Part shown: positions 28,875 to 39,459 of the stretch, piece by piece
Layout of the letters: every line of letters begins with the position of its first letter
How positions within the stretch are numbered: the first letter of the stretch is position 1
Assembly: GCA_965213685.1 (NCBI GenBank)
Contig: CBDBZY010000038.1
Coordinates: 32,001-96,000, forward strand
From: a bacterium
GTDB taxonomy: Bacteria; UBA8248
Reading direction: 5' to 3'
DNA: 64,000 bases
Notes under the pieces: generated by a model
Seen by the model: the letters and a program-made list of their open reading frames with translations, nothing else
Databases searched by the model: none
What the model was told of the DNA's origin: nothing
Program-made: the position numbers and the translations under genes

Positions 28875-29933
28875 CTAGCGCATCACCGAGGCGAGCGACT
28901 CCCCCTCCGCCAGGCGGACTATCCCCTTTTCAGTCACCAGGGCGTCCACGAAGCGCGCGGGCGTCACATCGAACGCGGGGTTGAACGCGCGCACGCCCTC
29001 CGGGGCGATGGTCTTGCCGCCGAAGGAGCGTACCTCCTCCTCCGGGCGTTCCTCGATGGGAATGTCCGCGCCCGTCTCGGAGCGCGCGTCGAGGGTGCTC
29101 GTCGGCGCCGCCACGTAAAAGGGCACCCCGTGCGCCCTGGCGAGCACCGCGAGGCCATACGTGCCGATTTTGTTGGCGACATCGCCATTGGCCGCCACGC
29201 GATCCGCCCCCACCACGACGGCGCCGACCTTCCCGAGACTCATGCAGTGCGCGGCCATGCTGTCGGTGATCAGCACGACCGGAATGCCGTCCCGGCCCAG
29301 CTCCCACGCGGTGAGGCGCGCTCCCTGCAGAAAGGGCCGGGTCTCGTCCACGAACACCTCCCGTACCCTCCCGTCCCGAAAGCCGCTGCGAATCACGCCG
29401 CCCGCCGTGCCGTAGCCGGCGGTCGCCAGCCCCCCCGCGTTGCAATGGGTGAGGACGCGGGCGTTCTCCGGCAGCAGGGTCGCGCCGAGGTCGCCTATCG
29501 CGCGGCAAACGGCCACATCCTCCTCGTGCATCCGCCGCGCGAGGCGGAGGAGGTCCCGCGCCAGCGGCCCGGGGGCGCGGGCACAGCCCCGAACCCGCGC
29601 GCTCATCTTGTCGATCGCCCAAAAGAGATTCACCGCCGTGGGGCGCGCAGCACCCAGCGTCCGCGCCGCCCGCTCGAGCGCCCGGCGCTGCGCGTCCGCG
29701 CCCAAACGCTCGTGGCGGGCCGCCGCCAGCGCCATGCCGTAGCCCGCCGCCACGCCGATGGCGGGCGCGCCGCGCACCACCATGTCCGCGATGGCGCGGG
29801 CCACCTCGTCCTCCGTGCGGCACGCGACATAGACCTCTTCATGGGGAAGTTTTCTCTGGTCGATGAACACGACCGCGCCATCGCGGAACGCGACGGTGTG
29901 GAACTCGCCCGCCATCTCCCCGCTCTCGGCCAT
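28875..29933 (-). CDS. mtnA: S-methyl-5-thioribose-1-phosphate isomerase
   Basis: DQRKLP, VRGAPAIG, RPTAVNL, THCNAGGLA, DETRPFLQGARLT, NKIGT, NPAFDVTP. Start uncertain. Confidence 0.95.
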   Translation of the reverse strand: MAESGEMAGEFHTVAFRDGAVVFIDQRKLPHEEVYVACRTEDEVARAIADMVVRGAPAIGVAAGYGMALAAARHERLGADAQRRALERAARTLGAARPTAVNLFWAIDKMSARVRGCARAPGPLARDLLRLARRMHEEDVAVCRAIGDLGATLLPENARVLTHCNAGGLATAGYGTAGGVIRSGFRDGRVREVFVDETRPFLQGARLTAWELGRDGIPVVLITDSMAAHCMSLGKVGAVVVGADRVAANGDVANKIGTYGLAVLARAHGVPFYVAAPTSTLDARSETGADIPIEERPEEEVRSFGGKTIAPEGVRAFNPAFDVTPARFVDALVTEKGIVRLAEGESLASVMR

Positions 29934-30132
29934 CCTTCTTTGCGGGTTCACGGCTTTACCTCATGCGCGCGATTTCAGCCTGCGGCACAGCGCGCCCCGC
30001 CAACCCGCCGGCGGGGCGGTCAGCCGCGCCCGCAGAACGCCCTCGCGCGTTCCCCCGGGGTGCGCGTCCTGGAGGATCGCGGCTGGCCCCACGCCTCGGA
30101 ACGGCCCCCGTCTTCCTCCTCTCGGAGGCGAA

Positions 30133-30696
30133 TCACGACCCGTCGCCCTCGGCTTTTTGATTCAGCTTGACGACGTTTTCGCTCTCGTCCTCGCCCAGCA
30201 GGTTGGCGAGGTCCACCCCCAGGCGTCTGCTCTCCCCCTCCAGACTGCGGATGTGGGAGCGAAACATCTCGCAAAGGTCGACGAGGAGCTTGTCCCGCAA
30301 CCGCACCAGATTCGACACTTCGTCCCGCAGCCTCGCGGATTCCCTGTCGGCGTCCGCGCGAATCTCCTCCGCCTGGGAGCCGGCCTCCCGAAGAATCCGG
30401 GCGGCGTCCTCCTCCGCCTGGCGCATGGCATCCTGCGCCCTCTCCTGGGCCTCGTCGCGCAGCTCGTTCACGGAGATGAGGGCTTTCTGCAGGTTGTCAT
30501 GGTCTTTTTTCAAATCATTGAACTGCTCGAAGAGGTTCGTGCATTGCTGGGTCAGCTCCTCGTTCTGGCGGACGAGCCCGTCCACCTGGCTGCCCGCCGT
30601 GAGCAAGAACGCATCCACCTCGAGAGGGTGGTAGCCTCTCATCTTCATCGGAAATTTTCGGTTTCGGATATCGTTGCCGGTGAATTTCAAGGGCAC
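30133..30696 (-). CDS. divIVA: DivIVA-domain protein
   Basis: DIRNRKF..MRGY...EVDAFL N-terminal DivIVA motif followed by a long coiled coil. Confidence 0.88.
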   Translation of the reverse strand: MPLKFTGNDIRNRKFPMKMRGYHPLEVDAFLLTAGSQVDGLVRQNEELTQQCTNLFEQFNDLKKDHDNLQKALISVNELRDEAQERAQDAMRQAEEDAARILREAGSQAEEIRADADRESARLRDEVSNLVRLRDKLLVDLCEMFRSHIRSLEGESRRLGVDLANLLGEDESENVVKLNQKAEGDGS

Positions 30697-30715
30697 ATCC
30701 CCGAAAGGCGGTGAG

Positions 30716-31012
30716 TCAGCGCAACATTCTGGCCATGTCGAACATACTTTGCACCAGGAAATTTTGCAAAAAGAATATGACCAATATCACGACAATCGGG
30801 CTGAGATCGACGCCGCCGGGGTTCGGCATCCGGTAGCGAATCGGCGCCAGCACCGGCTCGGTCAGGCGATACAATATCTGAACGATGGGGTTATACGGGT
30901 CCGGACTCACCCACGACAAAAGCGCGCGAATGATGATGACCCAGATATAGATGGAGAGCAGCCAGCTGAGGATGACGGCGACGCCGTTCATAAAGTTCGC
31001 TATCAGGAACAT
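30716..31012 (-). CDS. yggT: YggT/YlmG membrane protein
   Basis: LLSWVSPDPYNP..LTEPVL.PIR...DLSP. Confidence 0.93.
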   Translation of the reverse strand: MFLIANFMNGVAVILSWLLSIYIWVIIIRALLSWVSPDPYNPIVQILYRLTEPVLAPIRYRMPNPGGVDLSPIVVILVIFFLQNFLVQSMFDMARMLR

Positions 31013-31042
31013 CGGACGGCTCCCGCTTCCAGGGGCTGCAGG

Positions 31043-31849
31043 CTAGGCACGTCCCAACTCCTCGCTTCGGCGCGCGGCGGCGTAGACGGCGTCCATGACG
31101 GCGGAGCGCATCCCCCCCCTCTCCAGGGCGTGCAAACCGGCGATGGTCGTCCCCCCCGGAGAGGCGACCATATCCTTCAGGCGGCCCGGATGCTCCCCCG
31201 TCTCGAGCAGCATCTTCGCGGCGCCGAGAACGGTCTGGGCCGCCAGAATCATCGCATCCTCGCGCGGCAGGCCCGCCCGCACCCCGCCGTCGGCGAGGGC
31301 CTCGACAAACTGGAACACGTACGCGGGCCCGCTGCCCGACAAGCCCGTCACGGCGTCCATCAGCGATTCGGGCAGAACCACCGCCCGGCCGACGGATTCG
31401 AGCATCTTCCGGGCCTCCGAGAGGTCCGCCTCCGACGCCCCCCCGCCCGCGCACAGGCCCGCGGCGCCCTCCCCCACGAGCGCGGGCGTGTTCGGCATGA
31501 CGCGGACAATCCGCGCCGCATCCCCGAGCGCCTCGGTAAAGCGGCTCGTGGAGGCGCCCGCCACGATGGAAATCAAAAGCGGTCGGTGCGCCAGGGCGTC
31601 TTTCAGCCCGTCGAGAACCGCGCCCAGAACCTGCGGTTTTACGGCGAGCACCACCTTGCGCGCCCCCGGGGCCGCCTCCGCCCCGTCGGGCACCACGCGA
31701 AACCCCGACGTCTCGCGGAGATACCCGGCGCGCTCCGCCAGAGGCTCCGCGATCGTGATGTCGTCGACGCCCGCGCAGGCGGCGTTCACCAGTCCCCGGG
31801 CGAGCGCCTCGCCCATGTTTCCGCCGCCCACTATGAGAATTTCCGCCAT
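31043..31849 (-). CDS. proC: Pyrroline-5-carboxylate reductase
   Basis: GGGNMG, LAVKPQ, RVMPNTP, LSGSGPAY, SPGGTT. Confidence 0.96.
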   Translation of the reverse strand: MAEILIVGGGNMGEALARGLVNAACAGVDDITIAEPLAERAGYLRETSGFRVVPDGAEAAPGARKVVLAVKPQVLGAVLDGLKDALAHRPLLISIVAGASTSRFTEALGDAARIVRVMPNTPALVGEGAAGLCAGGGASEADLSEARKMLESVGRAVVLPESLMDAVTGLSGSGPAYVFQFVEALADGGVRAGLPREDAMILAAQTVLGAAKMLLETGEHPGRLKDMVASPGGTTIAGLHALERGGMRSAVMDAVYAAARRSEELGRA

Positions 31850-31918
31850 CTTCGGCACCTCAGCGCATGGGTGCGAACCGGGCGCCCCCCGGAGTCCGTC
31901 CACCCTACGCAAATCACC

Positions 31919-32638
31919 TCATTCGCGCAACGCGAACCCCGCCCGCCTCGGGCCAAAAATGGCCGTGCCGACGCGAACGAGCGTCGCTCCCTCCGCTATC
32001 GCGACCTCGAAGTCGCTGGACATCCCCATCGAGAGCTCCCGGACGCAGGGCAGCCCGCCGTCCCGGGCCTCGTCCCGCAACTCTCTGAGCAGCGCGAAAT
32101 GGGGGCGGCTCTCCTCCGCCGACCGGCCCAGGGGGGGGATGCACATGAAGCCGACCACCCGCAGGGAGTCGAACGCGGACGCCTCGCGCGCGAGTGCCAC
32201 CGCGTCCGCTGGCCGAACCCCGCCCTTTTGGGACTCCTCGCCCGTGTTCACCTGGATCAGGACGTCCAGCGGGCCGCACCCCGCCTCGCCCACGCGCCGG
32301 TTCAACTCCCGGGCGAGCGCCGCCGAATCCACCGACTCCACCACGTCGAACAAACCGGGGACGATGCGCGCCTTGTTTCTTTGCAGCTTGCCGATGAGAT
32401 GCCACCGCACCCGGCGCGCGACCGCAGGCGCCATCTCCGCCCTTTTCCGCTGGGCCTCCTGCACCCGGTTCTCTCCCACGACGGCAACGCCCGCCTCGAT
32501 GGCCTCGACGACTCTCTCCGGGGGCTGCGTCTTGCTCACCGCCAGAATCCGGACCGCATCGGGATTCCGGCCGCAGGAGAGGGCGGCGTCCGCCGCGCGG
32601 CGCCGCACCATCTCGTATCGCTCCCGAATCGCGCCCAT
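31919..32638 (-). CDS. yggS: PLP homeostasis protein
   Basis: LAVSKT, GENRVQE, WHLIGKLQRNK, LSMGMSSDF, VRVGTAIFG. Confidence 0.96.
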   Translation of the reverse strand: MGAIRERYEMVRRRAADAALSCGRNPDAVRILAVSKTQPPERVVEAIEAGVAVVGENRVQEAQRKRAEMAPAVARRVRWHLIGKLQRNKARIVPGLFDVVESVDSAALARELNRRVGEAGCGPLDVLIQVNTGEESQKGGVRPADAVALAREASAFDSLRVVGFMCIPPLGRSAEESRPHFALLRELRDEARDGGLPCVRELSMGMSSDFEVAIAEGATLVRVGTAIFGPRRAGFALRE

Positions 32639-32643
32639 CGTCG

Positions 32644-33448
32644 TCACCCCCGCGCGGAAATCCATATCGCCGACAGCAAACGTCCCGTGGACGGCCCGTC
32701 GCGGCGGTAGGAGAAAAACCGCGACGCATCAGAGAGCGTGCATGGCCCCGGTGCGCCGATCCGGGCTTCCGGAACCCCCGCCAGCGCCAACTGGCGCCTC
32801 GCCGCCTCGGGAAGGTTCAGCAACCATTTTCCGTCTCCCAGGGGGGTGCTGAAATCCCTCCAGTCTCGATAGCGGCGGCGAAACGGCGGCAAGCACTCCT
32901 CGCCCACCTCATAGCAAGTCCCGGAGATGGCGGGGCCGAAGGCGGCCCACATATCCCGGGAATCACAGCCATACTCCTCTTTCATCCGTCCGATGGTCTT
33001 GCGCAAAATTCCGTCGGCGATTCCCCTGCGCCCCGCATGCACGGCGGCGACCGCCATCCTGCGGGGGGTCGGCAATGAGAACGGGAACGCAGTCCGCCGT
33101 CTGAATGGCGACCCCCACGGCGGGATCGTTCGTCACCAGGGCGTCCCCGCGCGCGCGCTCCCCAGGAGGAATCTCGCCGGCCACGAGGACGTCGCTTCCG
33201 TGCACCTGCCGCACTTCCACGAGGCGGGCGGGCCGGAATCCGGCGGCCTCCCCGAAACGCCTCCTGTTCTCGGCGACGTTCCGGGGGTCTTCGCCCCGCG
33301 CGCCCCCCAGGTTCAGGGAGGAGAAGCGGCCTGCGCTCACCCCGCCCTTGCGCGTGCTGAACGCATGCCCCAAAAAACCGAGCGCCTCCAGCAGGGGGGA
33401 TCGAAAAAACTCCACGCCGCCGGATTCACGGCGCCTCAGCGAACGCAT
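32644..33448 (-). CDS. pgeF: Purine nucleoside phosphorylase/peptidoglycan editing factor (YfiH/YlmD); indel at ~33065
   Basis: QVHG, TADCVP in one frame; AVHAG, GPAISGTCYEVG, FFSYRRDG in the next. Confidence 0.9.
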
Positions 33449-33535
33449 GCCCTGGCCATCCCAGCAGGCGAGGAACCATCGGACGGGCACGGGCACACCC
33501 GTGTCCGGCCCACGTCATGCTCCCGCCCGATTTCC

Positions 33536-33564
33536 ATTATAGGGAGAGGCCCGGAGCGCCACAA
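33536..33564 (-). promoter_or_regulatory. Candidate promoter of the pgeF-divIVA operon
   Basis: TTGTGG-17-TATAAT. Confidence 0.45.
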
Positions 33565-33626
33565 GACGGCGGGGCGACGCGCGCCGTCCGACGGATGAGC
33601 CGGAAATGCGCCGGAAGGATGGCGGG

Positions 33627-33654
33627 GCTGGGGGAGATCGACATCTCCCCCAGC
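33627..33654. terminator. 12-bp hairpin downstream of ftsZ
   Basis: GCTGGGGGAGAT-CGAC-ATCTCCCCCAGC; no clear U-tail. Confidence 0.45.
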
Positions 33655-33726
33655 TGTGGGGAAAAGGGGAGGAATGCGCCTTCACTCATGCGAGAGGCTC
33701 CGTCAGCAAAACGGCGCCGGTGCGCG

Positions 33727-34883
33727 CTAATCAGCCTGCTTGCGCAAAAAGGTCGGTATGTCGAATTCGTCTTCTCCCAGGTCGTCCATCCCCTCGGGAT
33801 GGACTTCGTTGCCTTTCACGCGGCGGACATAGGCGGGAATCCGACGTCTCCCGCCATCCGTGCCGGTGGCCTCCTCCTCCTCCCGCGACGGGACCACCCG
33901 GACGGATTTCGCGCCGAAGCCGGTGGCGATGACGGTCACGCGAACCTGGCCCCTCGAAGCCCGAGTCGATCACCGAGCCGAAAATGATGTTGGCCTCCTG
34001 GTGCGCGTTCTCCCGGATGATTCTCGCAGGCCTCGTTCACCTCGACGAGCGAGAGGTCCGCACCACCGGTGATGTTGATGAGCAGTCCCCGGGAGCCCTC
34101 TATGGTCTCCTCCTCGAGCAGCGGACTGCTGATGGCGTTCTGGGCGGCGATGACGGCCCGGTTCTCGCCCTGGCCCGTCCCGCTGCCCATGAGCGCCTTC
34201 CCGCCCATGTCGCGCATGATGGCGCGCACGTCGGCGAAGTCGAGGTTGATCAGCCCGGGCGTGGTGATGAGGTCGGCAATCCCCTTGCAGGCCTGGAGCA
34301 GGACGTCGTTCGCCTTCTGAAAGGCCTCGGTCATCGGCGTGGAGCGCTCGACCATCCCCAGAAGCCGCTGGTTGGGTATGGTGATGAGGGTGTTCACTGC
34401 CTCGCGCAGCTCCTCGATTCCCTCGTTCGCCTGATTCATCCGGCGGCTGCCCTCGAACTCGAACGGCTTGGTGACCACGCCCACCGTCAGCAGCCCGATC
34501 TCTTTCGCGATGCGCGCGATGACGGGGGGCGGCGCCCGTTGCCCGTCCCCCCTCCCATGCCCTGCGGTCACGAACACCATGTCCAGGTCTTCCAGAAACT
34601 CCGTCAGGCGCTCGGTGTCTTCCAGGGCGGATTTTTTCCCGATCGCCGGGTCCCCTCCGGCGCCCAGCCCGTTCGTCAGCTCCAGGCCGAGCTGTATTTT
34701 CTCCACGGCGAGGGAGCGCTCCAAAACCTGGGCGTCCGTGTTGGCGGCCACAAACCGCACGCCCTCCATCCCCGAGGAGATCATCGTGTCCACGGCGTTG
34801 CCGCCGCCGCCGCCCACGCCGATGACCGCGATTCTCGCGCGGCACTGCGTTTCGTTGATTAGCTCAAAAGTCAGATCGCTCAT
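33727..34883 (-). CDS. ftsZ: Cell division protein FtsZ (several apparent indels)
   Basis: GVGGGGGNAV, ANTD, VVTKPFEFEG, INLDFADV, VTVIATGF, DIPTFLRK tail; the GGGTG signature is locally frameshifted. Confidence 0.95.
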
Positions 34884-34923
34884 TTTCCCTCCGTTCCTGG
34901 GAAACGCGCCCTCGCCTCCCATA

Positions 34924-36164
34924 TCACTTGAATACACTCGCGAAAACGTGGCGGATTCTTTGGGTCGTTTTCCGGATGGTGCCGTTGGAAACCAGGTTCG
35001 CGTGCCGGCTCCGGCGGTGGCCGGCTTTCATGGGCGTACATGACGAGGCCGACGGCGGTGGAGTACATGGGCCCGTTGACCATGTCCACCAGCCCCCCGA
35101 CATCGCCGGGGACGCCGATTCGCACCGGGAGCTGGAGCACGTCCTCGGCCAGCTCCCCGGCGCCCTCGATGATGCTCGCACCGCCCGTGAGCACGACGCC
35201 GGCGGGCAGGATGTCCTCCATGCCGCTCTTCTGAATCTCGCGGCGGACGAGCGTCAGAATCTCCTCCATGCGCGGCTCGATGATCTCGGCGAGCATCTGC
35301 CGACTCAGCACGCGCGGCGGCCGGCCCGCCCACGCTGGGCACCTCGATCTCCCTGTCCTGGGACAGTCTGGAGGCCAGGGCGCAGCCGTGTTTCTGCTTG
35401 ATTTTCTCCGCCTGGTAGTCCGGCGTCCTCAAGCCGATGGCGATGTCCCTCGTGACGTGCTGTCCGCCCACGGGAATGATGGCCGAGTAGCGCAGCGCGC
35501 CCCCGCTGAGGACGGCGAGGTCCACGGTGCCGCTCCCGATGTCCACGAGCACCACGCCGAGGTCGCGCTCATCATCACCCAAGGCGGCCAGCGAGGAGGC
35601 GAGCGGCTGGAGTACCAGGCTCTCTATCTCCAGTCCCGCCCTCTCGACGCTCTGGGTGATGTTCTGGATGGCGGGAATCGCCCCCGTGACGACATGCACC
35701 TTGCACTCCAGGCGCACGCCGGCCATTCCCGAGGGCTCGGTCACGCCCTCCTGCTCGTCGACGATGTACTCCTGCGGCAGCACATGGATAATCTGGTGAT
35801 CCGCCGGCATCGTCACCGCGCGCGCCTGTTCGACGACGCGATTGATGTCCTCCCGCGTCACAATCTTGTTCTTGATGGCCACGATGCCGTTCGTGTTGAA
35901 GCTGCGGACGTGCCCTCCCGCGACGCCGACGAAGGCGGACCGAATCGGCGTGCCGCTGATGAACTCCGCCTCCTCCACCGCCGCGCGAATGGACTCCACG
36001 GTCTGATCGATATTCACCACCGCTCCGCGGTTGAGTCCTTTCGAGGGATTTTTCCCCAGCCCCACAATCTCCAGGGAATCCTCATCGTTCACCTCGGCCA
36101 CGACCGCGCAAATCTTGGAAGTGCCGACGTCCAGGCCCACCAGCACGTCGCCTTGTCTGTTCAT
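34924..36164 (-). CDS. ftsA: Cell division protein FtsA (apparent indels)
   Basis: GLDVGTSKI, LVDIGSGT, GVVLTGGAS, STAVGL; amphipathic C-terminal helix at 34924. Confidence 0.93.
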
Positions 36165-37063
36165 CCTACGGGCCCTCCATCCTTGACGAGCGGCCGAACG
36201 ATCACCCTGCCCGGGAACCTCAGATCGACCCGAAGGCCGCCCCCGCCAAAATTCTCCTTCTGGAGAACATCGCTCGCAATGGCGCGGAATCGAGCGGCCT
36301 GCTCCTCCATTCTCCCCTCCCCCATCATCAGCTCTAGCCTTCCTCCTAGTGCGCGAAGCCGAAGCTGCCCCGCTCCAGCGTCGCGCACGGAAATGCACCC
36401 GTCGCGAAGTCCGGGCGAATCCTGGAACAAAACGGCCGCCGCCACGGCGCGCGCGAAGCCCGCGTCCCGCACCGTGTCGCCCGGCCGCAAACGGCTGGAG
36501 GCCAACCCCTCAATCAGGGGCAGGCACCTGGCGGACGCCTTCACGGGCCTGCCGAGCACGACGCCCTCCCCGTCCACCGCGAGGGGTCCGCGTCTCGCGA
36601 GCAGCGCGGCGGGTCTGCGCTCCAGGATGTCCACCTGGAGGAAATGGGGCGGACGCCTGCGGACGCGGACGCGCTTTATGCGCGGATGGGAGGCCACGCG
36701 CCTCCGCACGGCCTCCAGGTCGGCGTCAAATATGCTCGACCCCGGCCGGAGTGCCGCGAGACGCACGATATCCTCGGGCCGAAGCGCCCGATGCCCCGCC
36801 ACCACCACCCTGCGCAACGCGAAGTGCCGGCTCCTCTTCGCCCACTGAACCGCGTGCCCGCCCAACAGGAGCACCTCCACAAAAACCAGAAAACCCATCG
36901 CGGGCCATATCCAGTTTCTCTTCCCGGTTTGCCCGCCCTTGTCGCGCCCGGCGGTCGCCACTGCCCTGGTTTCCGCACCGGGCCTCCCGCGCGCCTGGGC
37001 GAGGTGCGGGGAGCCTCTCCGGCTCCTCGCCTTCGGCCTGGGGACAAACGGCAGGCGGATCAC
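36161..37063 (-). CDS. ftsQ: Cell division protein FtsQ/DivIB
   Basis: TM helix, POTRA-like region, ERRP, VDLRFPGRVIVRP C-terminus; located between murB and ftsA. Confidence 0.85.
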   Translation of the reverse strand: MIRLPFVPRPKARSRRGSPHLAQARGRPGAETRAVATAGRDKGGQTGKRNWIWPAMGFLVFVEVLLLGGHAVQWAKRSRHFALRRVVVAGHRALRPEDIVRLAALRPGSSIFDADLEAVRRRVASHPRIKRVRVRRRPPHFLQVDILERRPAALLARRGPLAVDGEGVVLGRPVKASARCLPLIEGLASSRLRPGDTVRDAGFARAVAAAVLFQDSPGLRDGCISVRDAGAGQLRLRALGGRLELMMGEGRMEEQAARFRAIASDVLQKENFGGGGLRVDLRFPGRVIVRPLVKDGGPVG

Positions 37064-38013
37064 GCGCGGCACTCCCCGATCACGTTCAACTCCAGGAGCA
37101 GCTCCACGCCCGTCTCCTCCCGAACCACCCGCTTCACCCGGTCGATCAAGGCCAGGACGTCTCCCGCCGTGGCCCCGCCGAGATTCACCATGAAATTTCC
37201 ATGCGCCTCGCTCACCTGCGCGCCGCCGACCCGCGTCCCCTTGAGTCCCGCCGAGTCGATGAGCGTCCCCGCGCGCGCACCGGCGGGATTCCGGAATATG
37301 GAGCCCGCGCAGGGCAGTCCCCAGGGCTGGCGCGCGCGCCTCCGGGCGGCGTCTCGTCTCAGACGCTCCCGCAACGCGCCGGCGTCGGCCGGGCGAAGCG
37401 CGAAACGGACGGACAACACCACGCCGGGTTCGGGCAACGCGGTGCGTCGGTATGCGAAGCGCAACCCTTTCGCGGGCAACCGGCCGGGAGCGCCACCGCC
37501 GATGGGCACCCAGCGCACACTCTCCACCGCGTCCTGGACGTAGGATTCGGCGGTGCCCGCGTTCATGGCCAGCGCGCCGCCCACGGTGCCGGGAATCCCG
37601 GCCAGACACTCCACGCCCGCCCAGCCGCGCTCGGCGGCAAAGCGCACCAGCGCGGGAATCTTCTCCCCGGCCCGCGCCTCGAGCAGCACGCGCTCCGGGC
37701 CGCGCTCGATGACCTCCATCCCCCGAAAACTTCTCGGAAAGGCGACCACCACCCCGCGAACGCCGCCATCGCGCACCAGGGTATTGGCCCCGCCCCCCAG
37801 AACAGTGACCGGGAGCCCCTCGCTCCGGCACCTGCCGAGGAGCTCCACCAGCTCCTCCTCCGTCGCGGGCAGCGCGAGCGCATCCGCGGGGCCGCCCACC
37901 TGAAACGTGGTGTATGGCGCCAGGTTCTCGTCAAAGAGCACCTCACAAGCGAGACCCTTGAGTTTTTCCGCCATCCCGAGCGCCATCGCCCTCTCCGCCG
38001 ACCCGAGGCTCAT
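37060..38013 (-). CDS. murB: UDP-N-acetylenolpyruvoylglucosamine reductase
   Basis: TTFQVGGPA, GGGAN, GIPGTVGGALAMNAG, GSIFRNP, HGNFMVN. Confidence 0.95.
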   Translation of the reverse strand: MSLGSAERAMALGMAEKLKGLACEVLFDENLAPYTTFQVGGPADALALPATEEELVELLGRCRSEGLPVTVLGGGANTLVRDGGVRGVVVAFPRSFRGMEVIERGPERVLLEARAGEKIPALVRFAAERGWAGVECLAGIPGTVGGALAMNAGTAESYVQDAVESVRWVPIGGGAPGRLPAKGLRFAYRRTALPEPGVVLSVRFALRPADAGALRERLRRDAARRRARQPWGLPCAGSIFRNPAGARAGTLIDSAGLKGTRVGGAQVSEAHGNFMVNLGGATAGDVLALIDRVKRVVREETGVELLLELNVIGECRA

Positions 38014-39410
38014 CCCGCCTCCCCGGTCGCGCCGTCTGGGCGCTCCAGGTTCTGGAGCAGCCGCCGGCCCACCCTCCAGACGTCGCCCGCACCCAGCGTG
38101 AGAACGACGTCCCCGGCCCGCGCCTCCTCGCACAAGCGGCGGGAGGCGTCCTCCAGGCTCCGCGCCGCATCGCAGTTCCTGTGGCCATGCGCCCTGATTC
38201 CCTCGGCCATTTTCCCTGCGCTCACCCCTTCGATGGGCGCCTCGCCGGCGGCGTAAATGGGCGTGATGATCACCCTGTCGGCGTCATAGAAGGCGGTGTG
38301 GAAGGCTTCTCCGAGATGGTGCGTCCTCGTGTAGCGATGCGGCTGGAACGCCACCACCAGGCGGTTCTCCGGCCAAGCCTCCCGCACGGCGCGGAGCGTG
38401 ACCCGTATCTCTTCGGGATGATGCCCGTAATCGTCGAAGACAGTGACGCCCGACGCCGCGCCGACGCGCTCCAGGCGACGGCCGATGCCGTCGAACTCAC
38501 GGAGCCCCCTCCGGACGTCCGCTAAGGAGACGTCCAGCTCCAGGGCGACGGCGGCGGCGGCCAAGGCGTTGTCCGCGTTGTGGCGACCGGGCATGGGGAG
38601 GCGAATCTCTCCGATCCGCTCGCCGTGCCGCTTGACGCAAAAAACGGACTCGCCGCTTTCGTAGCGAAACTCCTCGCCCGCGTAGTCCGCCTGGGCGCCG
38701 AACCCATACGTGACGAACTGCTTCTCCACGCGGGGGATGATCTCCTGAATCGCGGGATGATCCAGGCACAGGACGGAGAAGCCGTAGAAGGGCACCTTGT
38801 TCACGAACTCCAGGAACGCGGCCTTGATGGCGTCGTAATCCTCGTAGAAGTCCAGATGCTCCTCGTCGATGTTCGTGACGATGGAGATCGTGGGAGCGAG
38901 CCTGAGAAACGTGCCGTCGCTCTCGTCGGCTTCGGCCACCAGATACTCGCCCTCGCCCATGCGCGCGTTGGAGCCCAGCGCGTTGACGCGCCCGCCCACG
39001 ACGACCGTGGGGTCGAGGCCGCCGGCCGCCAGGACGGCCGCGATGAAGGAGGTGGTGGTGGTCTTGCCGTGGGTTCCCGCGACGCCGATGCTGTATTTCA
39101 TGCGCATGAGCTCGGCCAGCATCTCCGCGCGCCGGATGACGGGGATTTTCCGGCGCCTCGCCTCGGCGACCTCGACGTTCTCGGTCGTGACCGCCGAGCT
39201 GTAGACCAAAACGTCCACTCCCGCCACGTTCTCCCTCCTGTGGCCCAGCACCACCCTGGCGCCGAGGCCGCGAAGCCGGAATATCGCCTCGTTGCCCGCC
39301 AGGTCCGACCCGCTGACTTCATAGCCCAGATTCAGCAGAACCTCGGCGATGCCGCACATGCCCGTTCCGCCGATGCCCACGAAGTGGACGCGGCTCGAGC
39401 GGCGGAACAT
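38010..39410 (-). CDS. murC: UDP-N-acetylmuramate--L-alanine ligase
   Basis: HFVGIGGTGM, GTHGKTTT, EADESD, DDYGHHP, FQPHRYTRT. Confidence 0.97.
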   Translation of the reverse strand: MFRRSSRVHFVGIGGTGMCGIAEVLLNLGYEVSGSDLAGNEAIFRLRGLGARVVLGHRRENVAGVDVLVYSSAVTTENVEVAEARRRKIPVIRRAEMLAELMRMKYSIGVAGTHGKTTTTSFIAAVLAAGGLDPTVVVGGRVNALGSNARMGEGEYLVAEADESDGTFLRLAPTISIVTNIDEEHLDFYEDYDAIKAAFLEFVNKVPFYGFSVLCLDHPAIQEIIPRVEKQFVTYGFGAQADYAGEEFRYESGESVFCVKRHGERIGEIRLPMPGRHNADNALAAAAVALELDVSLADVRRGLREFDGIGRRLERVGAASGVTVFDDYGHHPEEIRVTLRAVREAWPENRLVVAFQPHRYTRTHHLGEAFHTAFYDADRVIITPIYAAGEAPIEGVSAGKMAEGIRAHGHRNCDAARSLEDASRRLCEEARAGDVVLTLGAGDVWRVGRRLLQNLERPDGATGEAG

Positions 39411-39459
39411 GGCGTGAGTTGCACGGGGCCGCGCGATCACCTGTTGGCTCCTTCCCTCA

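Noticed and set aside
33727-36164. ftsZ/ftsA (and rpoD) as pseudogenes or programmed frameshifts
   Set aside because: Essential genes with conserved residues on both sides of scattered indels; sequencing error is more parsimonious.
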